The notes beneath the pieces are model-generated. The model was not told the DNA's origin and searched no databases. It saw only the letters and a program-made list of their open reading frames with translations. DNA of 64,000 nucleotides from an uncultured Pseudohongiella sp. (GTDB taxonomy: Bacteria; Pseudomonadota; Gammaproteobacteria; Pseudomonadales; Pseudohongiellaceae): NCBI GenBank assembly GCA_964592245.1, contig CAZQFA010000011.1, positions 2,353-66,352 of the forward strand. The letters run 5' to 3'. Below, one piece after another: positions 62,416 through 64,000 of this stretch (the stretch's first letter is position 1; each line of letters starts with the position of its first letter). The translations under genes and the position numbers were made by a program.

Positions 62416-63477
62416 ATGCAGGACATGAATGTGGACGCCAAAGTTGAAAAGAAGGCCCTGAACTGGGCCGAATTGGGATTTCAGTATCATAAGACCGATT
62501 ACCGATTTTCGGCAGTCCATGTGGACGGCGTCTGGAGTGAGGGTGAGTTGGTGACATCGGCCAATTTGTCGATTCACGAGGGTGCGCCAACGCTTCATTA
62601 CGCCCAGCAATGCTTTGAAGGAATGAAGGCGCAAACTGCAGAAGACGGTCGCATCTTGCTGTTCCGGCCCGATCTGAACAGCATTCGCATGAACGAGGCG
62701 GCAGGGCGTCTATTGATGCCGGAAGTGCCGCGTGAATTGTTCATCCGCGGCGTTGAAGAAGCCGTGCGCGCCAACTATGCCTGGATTCCGCCCTATGGCT
62801 CTGGTGCTTCTTTATATATCCGCCCGATGCTGATTGGTGTCGGTGAGAATCTGGGGCTCAAGCCCGCCAAGCAGTTTGAGTTCCGGGTTTTCGTCTCCCC
62901 GGTAGGGCCTTATTACAAGCAGGGCGGCATGGCAGTGATTTCGCTGGCTGTGTCTGAACTGGATCGGGCCGCCCCGCGGGGCACCGGCAGCTTCAAGGTA
63001 GGCGCCAATTACGCTGGTGGCTTGCTGGCTACCCGCAAGGCGCAGGAGTTGGGTGCCAATGAGGCCCTCTATCTGGATGCGCGCGAAGGGCGCTTCATCG
63101 ATGAGGCCGGGTCGGCAAACATCATTATCGCCCTGGATGACAATACCCTGATCACCCCGAAGTCCAATGCCATCCTGCCTAGCATCACGCGCCGTTCGCT
63201 GATGGATATTGCCAGCGGGACATTGAATATGCGCACAGAAGAGCGGGCCATCGATCTGCGTCAGGAGTTTCCACAATTCAGGGAAATGGCCGCCTGCGGC
63301 ACGGCAGCTGTGTTGTCACCTGTGGGCCGGGTATGGTTTGACGGCGACTGGCATGCAGTGAATGGTGATGGCAGCACGGTGGGCCCGGTCATGCAGAAGC
63401 TCTATGACGAGCTCATCGGTATTCAGCGTGGTGAGAAAGCTGACGCCTATCACTGGTTACATGAAGTCGAGCTGTAA
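62416..63477 (+). CDS. ilvE: branched-chain amino acid aminotransferase (long, about 350 aa type)
   Basis: LHYAQQCFEGMKA, IRPMLIGVG, PLP-lysine region GTGSFKVGANYAG and GTAAVLSPVG. Start is ATG 62416 or 62425; the ORF-track TTG 62377 is unlikely. Confidence 0.9.
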   Translation: MQDMNVDAKVEKKALNWAELGFQYHKTDYRFSAVHVDGVWSEGELVTSANLSIHEGAPTLHYAQQCFEGMKAQTAEDGRILLFRPDLNSIRMNEAAGRLLMPEVPRELFIRGVEEAVRANYAWIPPYGSGASLYIRPMLIGVGENLGLKPAKQFEFRVFVSPVGPYYKQGGMAVISLAVSELDRAAPRGTGSFKVGANYAGGLLATRKAQELGANEALYLDAREGRFIDEAGSANIIIALDDNTLITPKSNAILPSITRRSLMDIASGTLNMRTEERAIDLRQEFPQFREMAACGTAAVLSPVGRVWFDGDWHAVNGDGSTVGPVMQKLYDELIGIQRGEKADAYHWLHEVEL

Positions 63478-63539
63478 GCCCGCTGTGCGAGCTTCTGTTG
63501 GACAAGCGACCGCTGTCCATTTCAATTAATTTCGGGTAA

Positions 63540-63575
63540 CTGCCATCACTATGGCAAGAGTTGTAGTGATGGCAG
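63540..63575 (+). terminator. perfect 12-bp hairpin downstream of ilvE (candidate terminator or RNA element)
   Basis: CTGCCATCACTA (63540-63551), 12-nt loop, TAGTGATGGCAG (63564-63575). A T-rich tract (TGTCTGTTTTTA) follows only after about 15 nt, so intrinsic-terminator geometry is imperfect. Confidence 0.35.
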
Positions 63576-64000
63576 TGTGTCTGTGCGTTGTCTGTTTTTA
63601 CCGCCAGCCTGTTGTTGAAAATTGCCGGAAGAATTTGTCGAACAGTCATACCATGACAGTTTCTGTATGCCGTTAAATCCTCTCGGAAACCACGTTGGTG
63701 CTATTGTGTGATAGCTGGCACTTATTTGCTAATTGTTTGTTCAGCCTCATCTTCCTGCAGCAGTTTGCCGTCTTGATCACCCTTGTGCGCCTCCAGTGTT
63801 GCTCATTACCAAGTCCAGAGGCCGGGCTGTCTTATCGTAAAAATAATTTTCCTGCCGTTGTGAGATAAGCCATAGAGCTCCTTAGGCATTGTAATTGCTG
63901 AATTTTTTTGCCTGTAAAGTGATGCTCGCCAGCGGATTTGGTTAACATTTTCTGGAGAGAAAACTTGACCGCTGTTGATCTTGCCCTTATATATGTCGCC

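Noticed and set aside
63716-63729. Sigma-54-like promoter TGGCAC-TTAT-TTGC.
   Set aside because: By my count the GG-to-GC spacing is one nucleotide shorter than the strict TGGCAC-N5-TTGC consensus. No downstream gene start lies within the usual distance. It is too weak to call.
63950-64000. TCTGGAGAG ... GTCGCC at the window end resembles the 5' half of a glycine riboswitch aptamer (CUCUGGAGAG ... CGCCGAAGG).
   Set aside because: Only the first conserved block is inside the window. I cannot build the intervening P2-type pairing, and the decisive GAAGG/CUCAGGCAA elements would lie beyond nt 64000. The same GGAGAG equally fits an SD for TTG 63965.

Overview
This window looks like a gammaproteobacterial chromosomal core segment, densely packed with mostly plus-strand housekeeping operons.

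**Gene order**
- 3' part of the Na+-NQR operon (nqrD truncated at the window edge, nqrE, nqrF, apbE, nqrM), then sthA and a CBS-pair protein.
- A ~0.9 kb ORF-poor spacer, followed by a complete E. coli-type complex I operon (nuoA-N with fused nuoCD).
- SAM-methyltransferase, gpsA, a DUF4389-like membrane protein, sixA, a divergent OmpA-like protein, folE (minus strand).
- prmB-aroC, leuCD, a short-type asd, a FimV/HubP-like polar hub protein, truA, trpF-trpB-trpA, accD-folC-dedD-cvpA-purF.
- The least core-like part is 43.6-55.1 kb. It holds two convergent MoxR-AAA+/DUF58 modules: MoxR-DUF58-TgpA on plus, and MoxR-DUF58-DUF4381-BatA-BatB/C-BatD on minus. A Sui1/YciH gene is wedged between them.
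- Then the giant NAD-glutamate dehydrogenase gdhB, a DUF836 thioredoxin-fold gene, an M15 peptidase, tatD and ilvE.

**Not found:** rRNA, tRNA, CRISPR, transposase, integrase or phage genes.

**Novel system:** I do not see a clear orphan system. The best candidates for undescribed biology are:
1. the paired convergent MoxR/DUF58 modules with yciH coupled to batD;
2. the overlapping DUF4389-like / sixA / OmpA-like trio;
3. the long non-coding region upstream of nuoA;
4. the odd nuoJ-nuoK spacer, which has reiterated in-frame stops plus a mini-ORF.

**Limits:** All family assignments come from motif recognition by eye and from remembered synteny. No searches were run. Start codons I refined by hand may be off.
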